Shown: positions 6,759 through 15,754, counted from the first letter of the stretch. The stretch: 64,000 nucleotides of DNA from Chloroflexota bacterium (GCA_019873655.1 JAIOAU010000001.1:83984-147983); one strand, 5' to 3'. The notes: a model not told the origin generated them from the letters alone. Numbers and translations are program-made.

Positions 6759-8863
6759 CGGCGGGCCGGGCGCAGGGCCATTTGCGGGCGGGCGCGCGGC
6801 GTGGGGAAGAAGTCCTCCGGCAGCGGCAGGGGAGTGTAGACCGCGCCGGTCCCAATCGAGCCGAAGGGAAGGTAATACAACTGGGTGCGGCTTTCGGCGC
6901 CCAGGCGGATGTCCTGGTAAGCGATGAGCAGATAGGTGCCGTCGGGGCTCCAGCGGGCGTCGCGGTAACAGCAGGTGCTGCCCAGCGGATCGAGCAAATG
7001 GGCGCGGTGGGTGACGTAGTCGTAACTGTAGAGGTTGCCGAAGCCCTCGTTGCGGATGGCGCTGTTCAGCACGAAGAGGGTGTCGCCGTTCCAGTCGAAG
7101 GAGGGGATCCAGGGAGCGACGTTGTAGCCGCTCATGTCGAAGCGCGGGCCGGGGAAGGTGTCGAGGACGATGGGGCTGGCGCTGTTGCAGGCGCTGATGT
7201 CGAAGACTCGCACCACTTCGGCCCGCAGATTGGACGGCCCGACGGTCAGGACGCCGACCGCCAGCCGCTGACCGTCGTTCGACCAGCGCGCTTCGGTCGT
7301 CCCCAGGTCGGAGTAGGTAAAGCAGCCGTTCATGGCGATCAACTGGGTGCGGGAACGCGCCGCCGCCAGCGCCTGAAGGTCGAAGGGCACGACGTACAGT
7401 TCGCGGTTCAGGCTGATGGCGACCTGCGAGCCGTCGGGGGAGATTTCGAAGGCTTCGAGATAGTCGGCGGTGACGAACTCCGCAATGGTAGCGACGGCGC
7501 CGGTCTCGAAGTCCACGGCCTGGACGCGCCGGCCGCTGATGTAGATGATTTGCCGGCCGTCGGGCGACCACTGCAAGTCTGTCTTGGCGGCGCCATCGGT
7601 GGTCAACTGACGCAGATGGCCGCCGTCCACATCCATGACCCAGATGTCGCCGCCGCTGACCACGGCGATCTGGTCAGCGCCGCCGACGACGGGCGGGCCG
7701 GCGGGGGTGGCCGGGCTGGTAGCCGTGGCCTGGGGGGTGACCGGCGGCAGGGGGGTCTCCTGGGCCGGTGTGATGGCAGGGGTCTCCTGAGCCGGCGTGA
7801 CGGCAGGGGTCGGCTGGGCTGGCGTGACGGCAGAGACGGTGGTTGCGGCGGCCTGGAAAGCGGGGAGGAGCGAAGGCAGGAACAGCCAGGCGGCGGCGAG
7901 GACGGCGGCCGCGCCCAGGAGCAGGACGAGGCCGAGGCCGATCCAGAGGCCGAGGCGTCTGCGCCGCGGCGGGGCGGCGGGCGGAGGTTGGGCGGGCAGG
8001 CGGGCGACGGTCGGCGGAGCGGGGCGGACGGCCGTCTTCAGGTCCGCCGGTTCGCCGCGGGCGACTGCCGCCAGGGCGTTGGCGAATTCGATTGCCGTAC
8101 CGAAGCGGTCGTCTCTGTTCTTGGCGAGGGATTTTTCGATGACCGGTTCGATGGCCGGCGGCAGGTCGGGGCGCACGTCCAGGATGTGCGGCGGCGGCGT
8201 GGTGATGTGCTTGACCACCACGCTCATCGGCGTATCGCCCTCGAAGGGCTGGCGGCCGGTCAACATTTCGAACAGGATGACGCCCAGGGCGTAGATGTCG
8301 GCGCGGCCGTCCACGGCCTCGCCTTGGGCCTGTTCGGGACTCATGTAGGCGGGCGTCCCAATGATGGCGCTGCCGGTGACGCTGGTCTGCGCCTCGGACA
8401 GTTTGGCGATGCCGAAGTCCGAGAGATAGGGTTCGTTGTACTGGTCGAAGAGAATGTTGCCGGGTTTGAGGTCGCGGTGGATGACGTTGCGGGCGTGGGC
8501 CTCGTCCAGGGCCGGGGCCAGGCGCTCGAAGATGCGCGCCGCCTCCTGGAGGGACAGCGGCCCTTGCTTCAACCGGTCGGCCAGCGAACCGCCGGGCATG
8601 AAGCGCATGACGAAGTAGGGCTGGCCGTCTTCCTCGCCGAAGTCATAGACCGGCACGATGGCCGGATGCTCGAGCAGGGCGATGGTCTTGGCCTCGCGCT
8701 CGAAGCGGACCCGGAACTGGGGGTCGTGGAGCATTTCGCGCGGCAGGACTTTGACGGCCACCTCGCGCTCGAAGCGCGGGTCGTAGGCGCGGTAGACGGT
8801 GGCCATGCCCCCGCGTCCCAATTCAGCCTTGATTTCGTAGCGACCAATTTTTTCTGGACTCAT
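6755..8863 (-). CDS. Hanks-type Ser/Thr protein kinase with a TM segment and a PD40/TolB-like beta-propeller
   Basis: Kinase motifs GRGGMATVY, VAVKVL, HRDLKPGNIL, DFGIAK and GTPAYMSPE. A TM segment (LWIGLGLVLLLGAAAVLAAAW) follows. SPDG/SNDG repeats recur in the C-terminal half. Confidence 0.9.
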   Translation of the reverse strand: MSPEKIGRYEIKAELGRGGMATVYRAYDPRFEREVAVKVLPREMLHDPQFRVRFEREAKTIALLEHPAIVPVYDFGEEDGQPYFVMRFMPGGSLADRLKQGPLSLQEAARIFERLAPALDEAHARNVIHRDLKPGNILFDQYNEPYLSDFGIAKLSEAQTSVTGSAIIGTPAYMSPEQAQGEAVDGRADIYALGVILFEMLTGRQPFEGDTPMSVVVKHITTPPPHILDVRPDLPPAIEPVIEKSLAKNRDDRFGTAIEFANALAAVARGEPADLKTAVRPAPPTVARLPAQPPPAAPPRRRRLGLWIGLGLVLLLGAAAVLAAAWLFLPSLLPAFQAAATTVSAVTPAQPTPAVTPAQETPAITPAQETPLPPVTPQATATSPATPAGPPVVGGADQIAVVSGGDIWVMDVDGGHLRQLTTDGAAKTDLQWSPDGRQIIYISGRRVQAVDFETGAVATIAEFVTADYLEAFEISPDGSQVAISLNRELYVVPFDLQALAAARSRTQLIAMNGCFTYSDLGTTEARWSNDGQRLAVGVLTVGPSNLRAEVVRVFDISACNSASPIVLDTFPGPRFDMSGYNVAPWIPSFDWNGDTLFVLNSAIRNEGFGNLYSYDYVTHRAHLLDPLGSTCCYRDARWSPDGTYLLIAYQDIRLGAESRTQLYYLPFGSIGTGAVYTPLPLPEDFFPTPRARPQMALRPARR

Positions 8864-8870
8864 ATTGTCA

Positions 8871-8899
8871 AGTATAGCAATGGAGACAATGAAATGCAA
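8871..8899 (-). promoter_or_regulatory. Promoter that implies a leaderless kinase mRNA
   Basis: On the minus strand: TTGCAT, 17 nt, TATACT, then 7 nt to the ATG at 8863. Confidence 0.5.
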
Positions 8900-8903
8900 G
8901 CAC

Positions 8904-8932
8904 TTGGCGGGCTCTTTCAACGATGCTATAAT
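8904..8932 (+). promoter_or_regulatory. Promoter of tRNA-Arg
   Basis: TTGGCG (8904-8909), 17 nt, TATAAT (8927-8932). The tRNA starts at 8944. Confidence 0.6.
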
Positions 8933-8943
8933 CGCCCCGCAGC

Positions 8944-9015
8944 GCCCCAGTAGTTCAACGGACAGAACAGGGCACTCCTAAGGCTCTGATGTAGGTTCAA
9001 TTCCTGCCTGGGGCA
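8944..9015 (+). tRNA. tRNA-Arg (anticodon CCT)
   Basis: I folded a 72-nt cloverleaf by hand: acceptor GCCCCAG/CTGGGGC, D stem GTTC/GAAC, anticodon loop CTCCTAA, T arm GTAGG-TTCAATT-CCTGC. There is one mismatch at the 31-39 pair. CCA is not encoded. Confidence 0.8.
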
Positions 9016-9021
9016 TCGGCG

Positions 9022-9054
9022 CGGGACGGTCGGCGGGCCGTCCCGGCCTTTTTG
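9022..9054 (+). terminator. Terminator after tRNA-Arg
   Basis: CGGGACGG...CCGTCCCG followed by GCCTTTTT. Confidence 0.6.
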
Positions 9055-9103
9055 GGGGGCTGCGCCTAACATAATTCTTAAGTACTATTTGCCCGTTTGC
9101 CTC

Positions 9104-9132
9104 TTGCAAAATTGGCGCATTTGTTGTATCAT
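9104..9132 (+). promoter_or_regulatory. Candidate promoter with no downstream CDS
   Basis: TTGCAA (9104-9109), 17 nt, TATCAT (9127-9132), inside an AT-rich patch. Confidence 0.4.
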
Positions 9133-9136
9133 AATG

Positions 9137-9230
9137 GCAACGAACGTTTGGGTGCCCCCCTCACCCAGGCGTTCGTTGCTTAAACAGAGATCGTCGGAGC
9201 GAGTCGAATCCTCGCTCCGACATTTTGTTT
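9137..9230 (+). ncRNA. Candidate small RNA of about 90 nt (two hairpins plus a U tract)
   Basis: Hairpin 1 (9137-9179) is GCAACGAACG..TGGGTG-CCCCCCT-CACCCA..CGTTCGTTGC. Hairpin 2 (9193-9221) is GTCGGAGCGAG-TCGAATC-CTCGCTCCGAC followed by ATTTTGTTT. Both could instead be terminators for the convergent minus-strand gene. Confidence 0.35.
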
Positions 9231-10489
9231 CAGCGCGAGATCTTTTGCAGGGCTTGACCGAGGCGGGCGATTTCCTCGAGGGTGTTGTAGTGAACCGCGC
9301 CGACGCGCACCATCCCGCCGCTGGCCTCGACCTCCAGCCGCTCGGTGACGGCCAGGGCGTAGTAGTTGCCGTCCCAGACGTAGATGCCCTCGCGGGCGAG
9401 GGCCTCGGCCACCTGACGCGGATGCTTGCCCTCCAGCCGGAAGGCGAAGGTGGGGACGCGCTGGTCGAGGCGGCGCGGGTCGGCGATGCCGTAGAGGCGC
9501 AGGCCGGGGACGGCCGTCAGCGTTTCGAGCAGGGCCCGGCTGAGTTCGAACTCGTAGGCGCGGATGGTGGTCATGGCCTTCTTCAGGTCCAGACGCCGGC
9601 CGGTGTAGCCGCGCTCGCGCAAGCCCTCCTCCTGTTCCTGGCCGAAGGTTTGTCCCACCCATTGCAGGTATTCGACGGCGCCCAAGACGCCGGCCAGGCC
9701 CTCGTGATTCTGCGTGCCGGTTTCCCATTTACCGGGCGGGGAATCGGGCGCCGGGCGGACTTTGTAGGCCATCAGCGAATCGAGCAGGTCGTAGCGCCCG
9801 TACAGAACGCCGGCGTGCGGCCCGAAAAATTTGTAAGCCGAGCAGACCAGGAAATCGCAGCCCAGCGCCTGGACGTCGATCGGGCCGTGCGGGGCGTACT
9901 GGACGGCGTCAATGTACACCTGGACGCCGAAGGCGTGCGCCATCTGGACGATCTCATGGACGGGGTTGATCGTCCCGACGGCGTTGGAGGCGTAGCCGAA
10001 GGCCAGCAGGCGCGGGCGGCGCGCCAGGGCGCGTTCGAGTTCGTCCAGGTTGAGGGTGCAGTCTTCGACGTCGAAGTCGATCCAGGCGACCCGGACGCCG
10101 CGGTCGGCGGCGGCCAGCGCCCAGGGGGTGATGTTGGCGTCGTGGTCGAGGCGGGTGACGAGGATCTCGTCGCCGGGCTGCCAGGCGCGGGACAGGGAGC
10201 GGCTGAGGTGCAGCGTCAGGGTGGTCATGTTGTTGCCGAAGACGATCTCCTCGGGCCGGGCGGCGTTGAGGAAGTCGGCCATGGCGGCGTGGGCTTCGTC
10301 GAGGATGCAGTCGGATTTCTGGCTGGTGGCGAACGCGCCGCCGTGATTGGCGTTGCATTCGAAGAGGTAACGCTGCATGCGCTCGGCGGCCTGACGGGCG
10401 ATTTGCGTCCCGCCGGGGTTGTCGAAGAAGACCGCCGGGCGGTCGAGGGCGGGGAAGTGGCTGCGGACGAGGGAAGGGTCGAGAGACAC
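9230..10489 (-). CDS. Class V aminotransferase / cysteine desulfurase-like protein
   Basis: PLP-lysine context CSAYKFFGPH and a SufS/CsdA-like overall layout. The GTG at 10489 has an AGGAG Shine-Dalgarno; the ATG at 10537 is the alternative start. Confidence 0.8.
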   Translation of the reverse strand: MSLDPSLVRSHFPALDRPAVFFDNPGGTQIARQAAERMQRYLFECNANHGGAFATSQKSDCILDEAHAAMADFLNAARPEEIVFGNNMTTLTLHLSRSLSRAWQPGDEILVTRLDHDANITPWALAAADRGVRVAWIDFDVEDCTLNLDELERALARRPRLLAFGYASNAVGTINPVHEIVQMAHAFGVQVYIDAVQYAPHGPIDVQALGCDFLVCSAYKFFGPHAGVLYGRYDLLDSLMAYKVRPAPDSPPGKWETGTQNHEGLAGVLGAVEYLQWVGQTFGQEQEEGLRERGYTGRRLDLKKAMTTIRAYEFELSRALLETLTAVPGLRLYGIADPRRLDQRVPTFAFRLEGKHPRQVAEALAREGIYVWDGNYYALAVTERLEVEASGGMVRVGAVHYNTLEEIARLGQALQKISR

Positions 10490-10563
10490 GGAGGCTCCTT
10501 CTGAAAATGAGGGGATGACATTCTGGACGGTCTGCATTATTATAATATGCGGATGGAGACGCG

Positions 10564-11679
10564 ATGAGTACGCTGGCCGAGATGCTCGACCGCCTGACGG
10601 CGGCGGGAGAGTTGTACGTGAAAGAGGAGAACGGCGCGGTGCGCTGCACGGCCTGCGCGCATCGCTGTTTGATTCGGCCGGGGCGGCGCGGCATCTGTCA
10701 GGTGCGTTTCAACGCCGAGGGCGTCTTGCGCGTCCCGTGGGGGTATGTGGCCGGGCTGCAGGCCGACCCGATCGAGAAGAAACCTTTCTATCATTTTCTG
10801 CCCGGCGCGACCGCCCTGACCTTCGGCATGCTGGGCTGCGATTTCCACTGCGAGTACTGTCAGAACTGGTTGAGTTCGCAGGCGCTGCGCGACCCGGCGG
10901 CGGATGAGTCCGGTTACTTCATCCGGCGCGTCAGCCCGGAGCAGGTGGTGGAGGCCGGGCGGCAGGCCGGGGCGCAGGTGATCGCCTCGTCGTACAACGA
11001 GCCGCTCATCACCAGCGAGTGGGCGGCGGCCATCTTCCGTCTGGCCGCGGCGGCGGGGATGAAGTGCGTCTATGTCTCGAACGGCAACGCCACGCCGGAC
11101 GTGCTCGACTATCTGCGCCCGTATCTGAGCGGGTTGAAGATCGATTTGAAGTCCATGCAGGACAGAAACTACCGCCGCCTGGGCGGGGTTCTTAATAATG
11201 TGCTGGATACCATTCGCCGGGCGCGTGAAATGGGTCTGTGGGTGGAAGTGGTGACGCTGGTCGTGCCGGGCTTCAACGACAGCAACGAGGAGTTGTGGGA
11301 GGCGGCGCGTTTCCTGGCGAGGGTCTCGCCTGATATTCCCTGGCACGTCACCGCCTTCCATCCCGACTACCGGATGACCGATCCGGCCCCGACGCCGCCC
11401 CGCACGCTGTTGCGCGCCGCCGAAATCGGGCGCGAGGCCGGTCTGCGCTATGTCTATGCCGGCAACCTGCCGGGACGGGTGGACGAATACGAGAACACCT
11501 TTTGCCCTCATTGCGGGCAATTGCTCGTCCGGCGCTGGGGGTATGTGGTCTCCGAATATCACTTGACCGGCGAGGGAAAGTGCCCGAAATGCGGGACGGC
11601 AATCGCCGGCGTCTGGCCGGCGAGTCCGAATGACATTCGTCTCAACAGTCCCGGCAGGCCGAAACTGGCATTTTTGTAG
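10564..11679 (+). CDS. Radical SAM enzyme, AmmeMemoRadiSam-system type
   Basis: CDFHCEYCQNW is a CxxxCxxC motif. There is an N-terminal Cys cluster (CTACAHRC..C), a DPIEKKPFYHF motif and a C-terminal CPHCG...CPKCG pair. Confidence 0.8.
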   Translation: MSTLAEMLDRLTAAGELYVKEENGAVRCTACAHRCLIRPGRRGICQVRFNAEGVLRVPWGYVAGLQADPIEKKPFYHFLPGATALTFGMLGCDFHCEYCQNWLSSQALRDPAADESGYFIRRVSPEQVVEAGRQAGAQVIASSYNEPLITSEWAAAIFRLAAAAGMKCVYVSNGNATPDVLDYLRPYLSGLKIDLKSMQDRNYRRLGGVLNNVLDTIRRAREMGLWVEVVTLVVPGFNDSNEELWEAARFLARVSPDIPWHVTAFHPDYRMTDPAPTPPRTLLRAAEIGREAGLRYVYAGNLPGRVDEYENTFCPHCGQLLVRRWGYVVSEYHLTGEGKCPKCGTAIAGVWPASPNDIRLNSPGRPKLAFL

Positions 11680-11839
11680 ATTTTTGCTGTATAATACTTC
11701 AATCAATCTTGTAAACGGTTTGTCTTGGAAAGGAGGTCGTATAGGCGAGATACCGTTTGTTTCCCAATTCCCCTACCCATTCAACCTACATTTTACATAT
11801 CTCTGTTAGGAGGAGAAAAACGCGAAACGCACATTTACC

Positions 11840-13525
11840 TTGCTTCTGTCGCTTCTGGTGTTGGTCAGCCTGATGCTGGCTTCCTGCCGCCCGGCGACCG
11901 AAGAAGCGACTCAGGCCGCTACCGAGGCTGCCACTGAAGCCGCTACCGAGGCTGCGACCGAGGCCCCGGCCTTCGAGCCGATGGTGGTCGAAGCGCCCAA
12001 CTGCGATTACGGCGGCGAGTTCCTGCGCATCGAGGCGGTGGACGAGTACACTGTCCGCTTCACGCTGTGCTACCCCGATCCCGCTTTCCCCTCGAAGATC
12101 GCCTTCTCGGCCTTTGCTATCCAGCCGCGCGAGTGGTTGGAGGCCAACGGCGGCTCGGGTGAACTGCTGACCCACCCGATCGGCACCGGCCCGTACATGG
12201 TGCAGGAATGGGTGCGCGGCGAGCAACTTGTCTTCACCCGCTTCGAGAACTATTGGGGCGAAAAGGCTCTCACCCCGACGCTGGTCTTCCGCTGGAGCAC
12301 CGAGTCGGCGCAGCGCGTGCTCGAACTGCAAGCCGGCACGGTGGACGGCATCGACAATCCCGGCCCGGATGACTTCGCCGTGATCCGCAGCGACCCGAAC
12401 CTGCAACTGATCAACCGCCCGGCGCTGAACATCTTCTACATCGGCATGAACAACACCTATCCGCCGTTCAATGACGAGCGCGTCCGCCAGGCGATTGCCA
12501 TGTCGATCGACCGCCAGCGCATCGTCGATCAGTTCTATCCGGAAGGTTCGGAAGTGGCGACCCACTTCACCCCTTGCGCCATCCCGAACGGCTGCGTTGG
12601 CCTGCCGTGGTATGATTTCGATCCCGAGGCCGGCCGCGCTCTATTGGCCGAGGCGGGCTATCCGAATGGGTTCGACACCAAACTGTACTACCGCGATGTG
12701 GTGCGCGGTTATTTGCCGCAGCCCGGCAACGTGGCCCAGGATATCCAGGCTCAATTGCTTGAGAATCTCAACATCCGGGTCGAGATCGTGGTCATGGAAT
12801 CCGGCGCGTTCCTGGATGCGGCCGACTCCGGTCAGTTGGACGGCCTGCACCTGCTCGGTTGGGGCGCCGACTATCCGGATCAGACCAACTTCCTGGATTA
12901 TCACTTCGGCGCGGGCGCGTCCGCCCAGTTTGGCGAGAAATTCCCCGACATTATCGAGAACCTGCAGGCCGCTGCTCAGTTGGCCAGCGATGAAGCACGC
13001 GCCCCGTACTATGAGGCTGCCAACAACGCTATCCGCCAGCATGTCCCGATGATTCCGGTGGCGCACGGCGGTTCGGCGGTCGCCTTCAAGGCCACTGTCC
13101 AGGGCGCGCACTCCAGCCCGCTCGGAAACGAGAACTTCTCGGTCATGCAGGTGCCTGGCCAGGACGTCTTCGTCTGGATGCAGAACGCCGAGCCCATCTC
13201 GCTCTTCTGCGCCGATGAGACCGACGGCGAGTCGCTGCGCGCTTGCGAGCAGGTGACCGAATCGCTGCTGGCCTTCGAGATCGGCGGCACGGCAGTCAAG
13301 CCGTCCCTGGCCGAGCGCTGCGAAGCCAACGAGGACCTGACCGTCTGGACCTGCTACCTGCGCCAGGGCGTCCAGTTCCACGACGGCTCGCTGCTCGACG
13401 CCAATGACGTGGTGGCCTCCTATGTCTTGCAATGGGACGCCGCCAGCCCGCTGCACGTTGGCAACACCGGCGCGTTCACCTACTTCTCGTCCCTGTTCGG
13501 CGCGTTCCTGAACGCCGATCAGTAA
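11840..13525 (+). CDS. ABC transporter substrate-binding lipoprotein, family 5 (peptide/nickel)
   Basis: Lipobox LMLASC, a (TEAA)n linker and a DppA/OppA-like body. The only in-frame start is the TTG at 11840, so the start is uncertain. Confidence 0.85.
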   Translation: MLLSLLVLVSLMLASCRPATEEATQAATEAATEAATEAATEAPAFEPMVVEAPNCDYGGEFLRIEAVDEYTVRFTLCYPDPAFPSKIAFSAFAIQPREWLEANGGSGELLTHPIGTGPYMVQEWVRGEQLVFTRFENYWGEKALTPTLVFRWSTESAQRVLELQAGTVDGIDNPGPDDFAVIRSDPNLQLINRPALNIFYIGMNNTYPPFNDERVRQAIAMSIDRQRIVDQFYPEGSEVATHFTPCAIPNGCVGLPWYDFDPEAGRALLAEAGYPNGFDTKLYYRDVVRGYLPQPGNVAQDIQAQLLENLNIRVEIVVMESGAFLDAADSGQLDGLHLLGWGADYPDQTNFLDYHFGAGASAQFGEKFPDIIENLQAAAQLASDEARAPYYEAANNAIRQHVPMIPVAHGGSAVAFKATVQGAHSSPLGNENFSVMQVPGQDVFVWMQNAEPISLFCADETDGESLRACEQVTESLLAFEIGGTAVKPSLAERCEANEDLTVWTCYLRQGVQFHDGSLLDANDVVASYVLQWDAASPLHVGNTGAFTYFSSLFGAFLNADQ

Positions 13526-13579
13526 CCCATCCCTTTTTGCCCCGGCGGGGAGAAATCCCCGCCGGGGTCTCCTGCGACG

Positions 13580-14656
13580 ATGACCACTTACATCCTGCGG
13601 CGCATTCTTTCCAGCATTCCTGTCCTTTTTGGCATCTTGTTTGCCACTTTTGCGCTGGCGCGCTGGATTCCCAGCGATCCCTGCCGCGCTATTCTGGGCG
13701 AAAAAGCCACCGATGAGGTCTGCGATCGCTTCATTCATGAGCATGGCCTCGACCGGCCGATTCCAATTCAATTTGGGTATTATTTGAACGAGATTGCTCA
13801 CGGCGATTTTGGCCGTTCGTTCCGCTATGGCGAGCCGGTGTCGAAAATTCTCGTCGAACGCCTGCCCACTACGGTGGAATTGAGTTTTTCGGCCTTGTTC
13901 GTGGCTTTGATTATCGGCATTCCGTTGGGGGTGATTTCGGCGGTCAAGCACAATTCCTGGATCGATGTCTTGACCATGTTCTGGGCCAACATCGGCGTGT
14001 CCATGCCGGTCTTCTGGCTGGGGCTGATGCTGGCCTATATCTTTGCCTTGCTGTTGCGAGATACGCCCTTCCAGTTGCCGCCTTCGGGCCGCTTGAGTCC
14101 GGGCGTCTTGCCGACTTCGTTTGCGAAAGCGTGGGGGTGGGAACTGGAACCCGGCTTTCTGGCCAGCGTGGTGGATTTTCTGAGCCGGATGAATATCTTG
14201 AATGCCATCCTAAGCCGGGACTGGGACTTGCTCAAGGATGCTGTCAAGCACTTGATTCTGCCCTCGCTGGCGCTGGGGACGATTCCCATGGCTCTGATTG
14301 CCCGCATGACGCGCTCCAGCATGCTCGAAGTGCTGGGCCAGGACTACATCCGCACGGCGCGGGCCAAAGGCTTGCCAAAGGCCAAGGTGGTGCTCAAACA
14401 TGCGCTGCGCAACGCCTTACTGCCTCTGGTGACGGTGATTGGTCTCTCGCTGGGCAGTTTGTTGGGCGGCGCGGTGCTGACCGAGACCGTCTTTGGCCTC
14501 AACGGCGTGGGGCGCATTCTGTACGACGCCATCACGGCCCGCGATTATGGAATCGTGCAGGCCTTTACGGCAGTCATTGCGATTTTCTTTGTGATCCTCA
14601 ACCTGCTGGTGGATATTTCGTACGCCTATCTCGATCCGCGCATTCGGTTGGAGTAA
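13580..14656 (+). CDS. ABC transporter permease (DppB/OppB-like)
   Basis: Six-TM layout with a conserved N-terminus (YILRRILSSIPVLFGI) and C-terminus (DISYAYLDPRIR). Confidence 0.9.
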   Translation: MTTYILRRILSSIPVLFGILFATFALARWIPSDPCRAILGEKATDEVCDRFIHEHGLDRPIPIQFGYYLNEIAHGDFGRSFRYGEPVSKILVERLPTTVELSFSALFVALIIGIPLGVISAVKHNSWIDVLTMFWANIGVSMPVFWLGLMLAYIFALLLRDTPFQLPPSGRLSPGVLPTSFAKAWGWELEPGFLASVVDFLSRMNILNAILSRDWDLLKDAVKHLILPSLALGTIPMALIARMTRSSMLEVLGQDYIRTARAKGLPKAKVVLKHALRNALLPLVTVIGLSLGSLLGGAVLTETVFGLNGVGRILYDAITARDYGIVQAFTAVIAIFFVILNLLVDISYAYLDPRIRLE

Positions 14657-14659
14657 GCC

Positions 14660-15616
14660 ATGTCGAAGGAAACATCGAAAAACAAAGTCGCCAAACTGGA
14701 TGCCGAAGGGCTGTCGCTCAAGTCGGTGAGTCTGTGGCAAATCATGTGGCGCAGACTGTTCAAGCGCAAGTCCGCCTTGGTCGGGATGGGGATTCTGGCC
14801 TTGCTGGTTTTCGTCGCCATCACGGCCGATTGGATTTCGCCTTACAGCCCGACCCAGGTCCTGATCGGCGTCGAGGATGTAACGGCCCGGCAGGCCCCTT
14901 GTATTCACCTTTTGGGATGTCCAAAGGATCAGCCCCAGCACATCATGGGTATCGACGGGAACGTGCGCGACCAATTCAGCCGTATTCTGCACGGGGCGCG
15001 CCAGAGCCTGTTCATTGGCTTTGCCACCGTGACCTTTGCCATCGTGATCGGGACGATACTGGGCGCGCTGGGCGGTTATTTGGGCGGCTGGGTGGATAAC
15101 GTCATCATGCGTATCATGGATGTGGTGCTGGCCTTTCCATCCCTGTTGCTGGCGATTGCCATCGTCACCGTGCTGGGGCCGGGCTTGATCAACGCCCTGC
15201 TGGCCATCGGCATTGTCTCCATCCCGGCTTACGCGCGGGTGGTGCGCGCCAGCGTCCTTTCGGTGCGCGAGATGGACTACGTCTCGGCGTCCAAAGCGAT
15301 GGGCGGCAACACCTTCCACATCCTGTTCAAGCGTATCCTGCCGAACGCGCTGACCCCGCTCATCGTCCAGGGGACGCTGGGCATTGCCACCGCCATTCTG
15401 GACGCGGCCGCGCTGTCGTTCTTGGGCCTGGGCGCGCAGCCGCCGATGGCCGAGTGGGGGTCGATGCTCGGCGCGGAACGCAATCAGGTCTTCACCGCCC
15501 CGCACCTGGTCTTTTACCCCGGCCTGGCCATCATGTTGACCGTGCTGGCCTTCAACCTGCTCGGCGACGGCCTGCGCGACGCCCTCGACCCGCGCCTGGG
15601 TCACGTGGCCGGTTAG
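14660..15616 (+). CDS. ABC transporter permease (DppC/OppC-like)
   Basis: Motifs MDYVSASKAMG and NLLGDGLRDALDPRL. Confidence 0.9.
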   Translation: MSKETSKNKVAKLDAEGLSLKSVSLWQIMWRRLFKRKSALVGMGILALLVFVAITADWISPYSPTQVLIGVEDVTARQAPCIHLLGCPKDQPQHIMGIDGNVRDQFSRILHGARQSLFIGFATVTFAIVIGTILGALGGYLGGWVDNVIMRIMDVVLAFPSLLLAIAIVTVLGPGLINALLAIGIVSIPAYARVVRASVLSVREMDYVSASKAMGGNTFHILFKRILPNALTPLIVQGTLGIATAILDAAALSFLGLGAQPPMAEWGSMLGAERNQVFTAPHLVFYPGLAIMLTVLAFNLLGDGLRDALDPRLGHVAG

Positions 15617-15691
15617 AGTCCCGCGCCCGATAAGGAATCTCTGGTCAACGGCGCGGGCGGGGCAAAGACGTCAAAGCGCTTCTTTGAATGA

Positions 15692-15754
15692 AAGCCTCCT
15701 GTTCGAGTTGGGTCTCTCGACCACAACACCGCTCAGGAGGCTTCCTCTTTGTTT
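15692..15754 (+). terminator. Long hairpin ending the ABC importer operon
   Basis: AAGCCTCCTG (15692-15701) pairs with CAGGAGGCTT (15734-15743) and is followed by CCTCTTTGTTT. Confidence 0.55.

Noticed and set aside
6752-8953. 733-aa plus-strand ORF
   Set aside because: It lies antisense to the well-supported kinase gene. The product is Gly/Ala/Arg/Asp-rich low complexity with no motifs, which is typical of shadow ORFs in GC-rich DNA.
8944-9230. Genomic-island or integration signature at tRNA-Arg, and likewise at tRNA-Val (59842-60012)
   Set aside because: No integrase, no direct repeat of the tRNA 3' end that I could spot, and the flanking genes are ordinary housekeeping or envelope genes.
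11680-11839. Possible riboswitch in the AT-rich 160-nt region upstream of the ABC importer
   Set aside because: I can see only a short AAACGGT/ACCGTTT hairpin and a TATAAT-like box. I recognise no conserved riboswitch core, so I leave it as an ordinary promoter and 5' UTR region.
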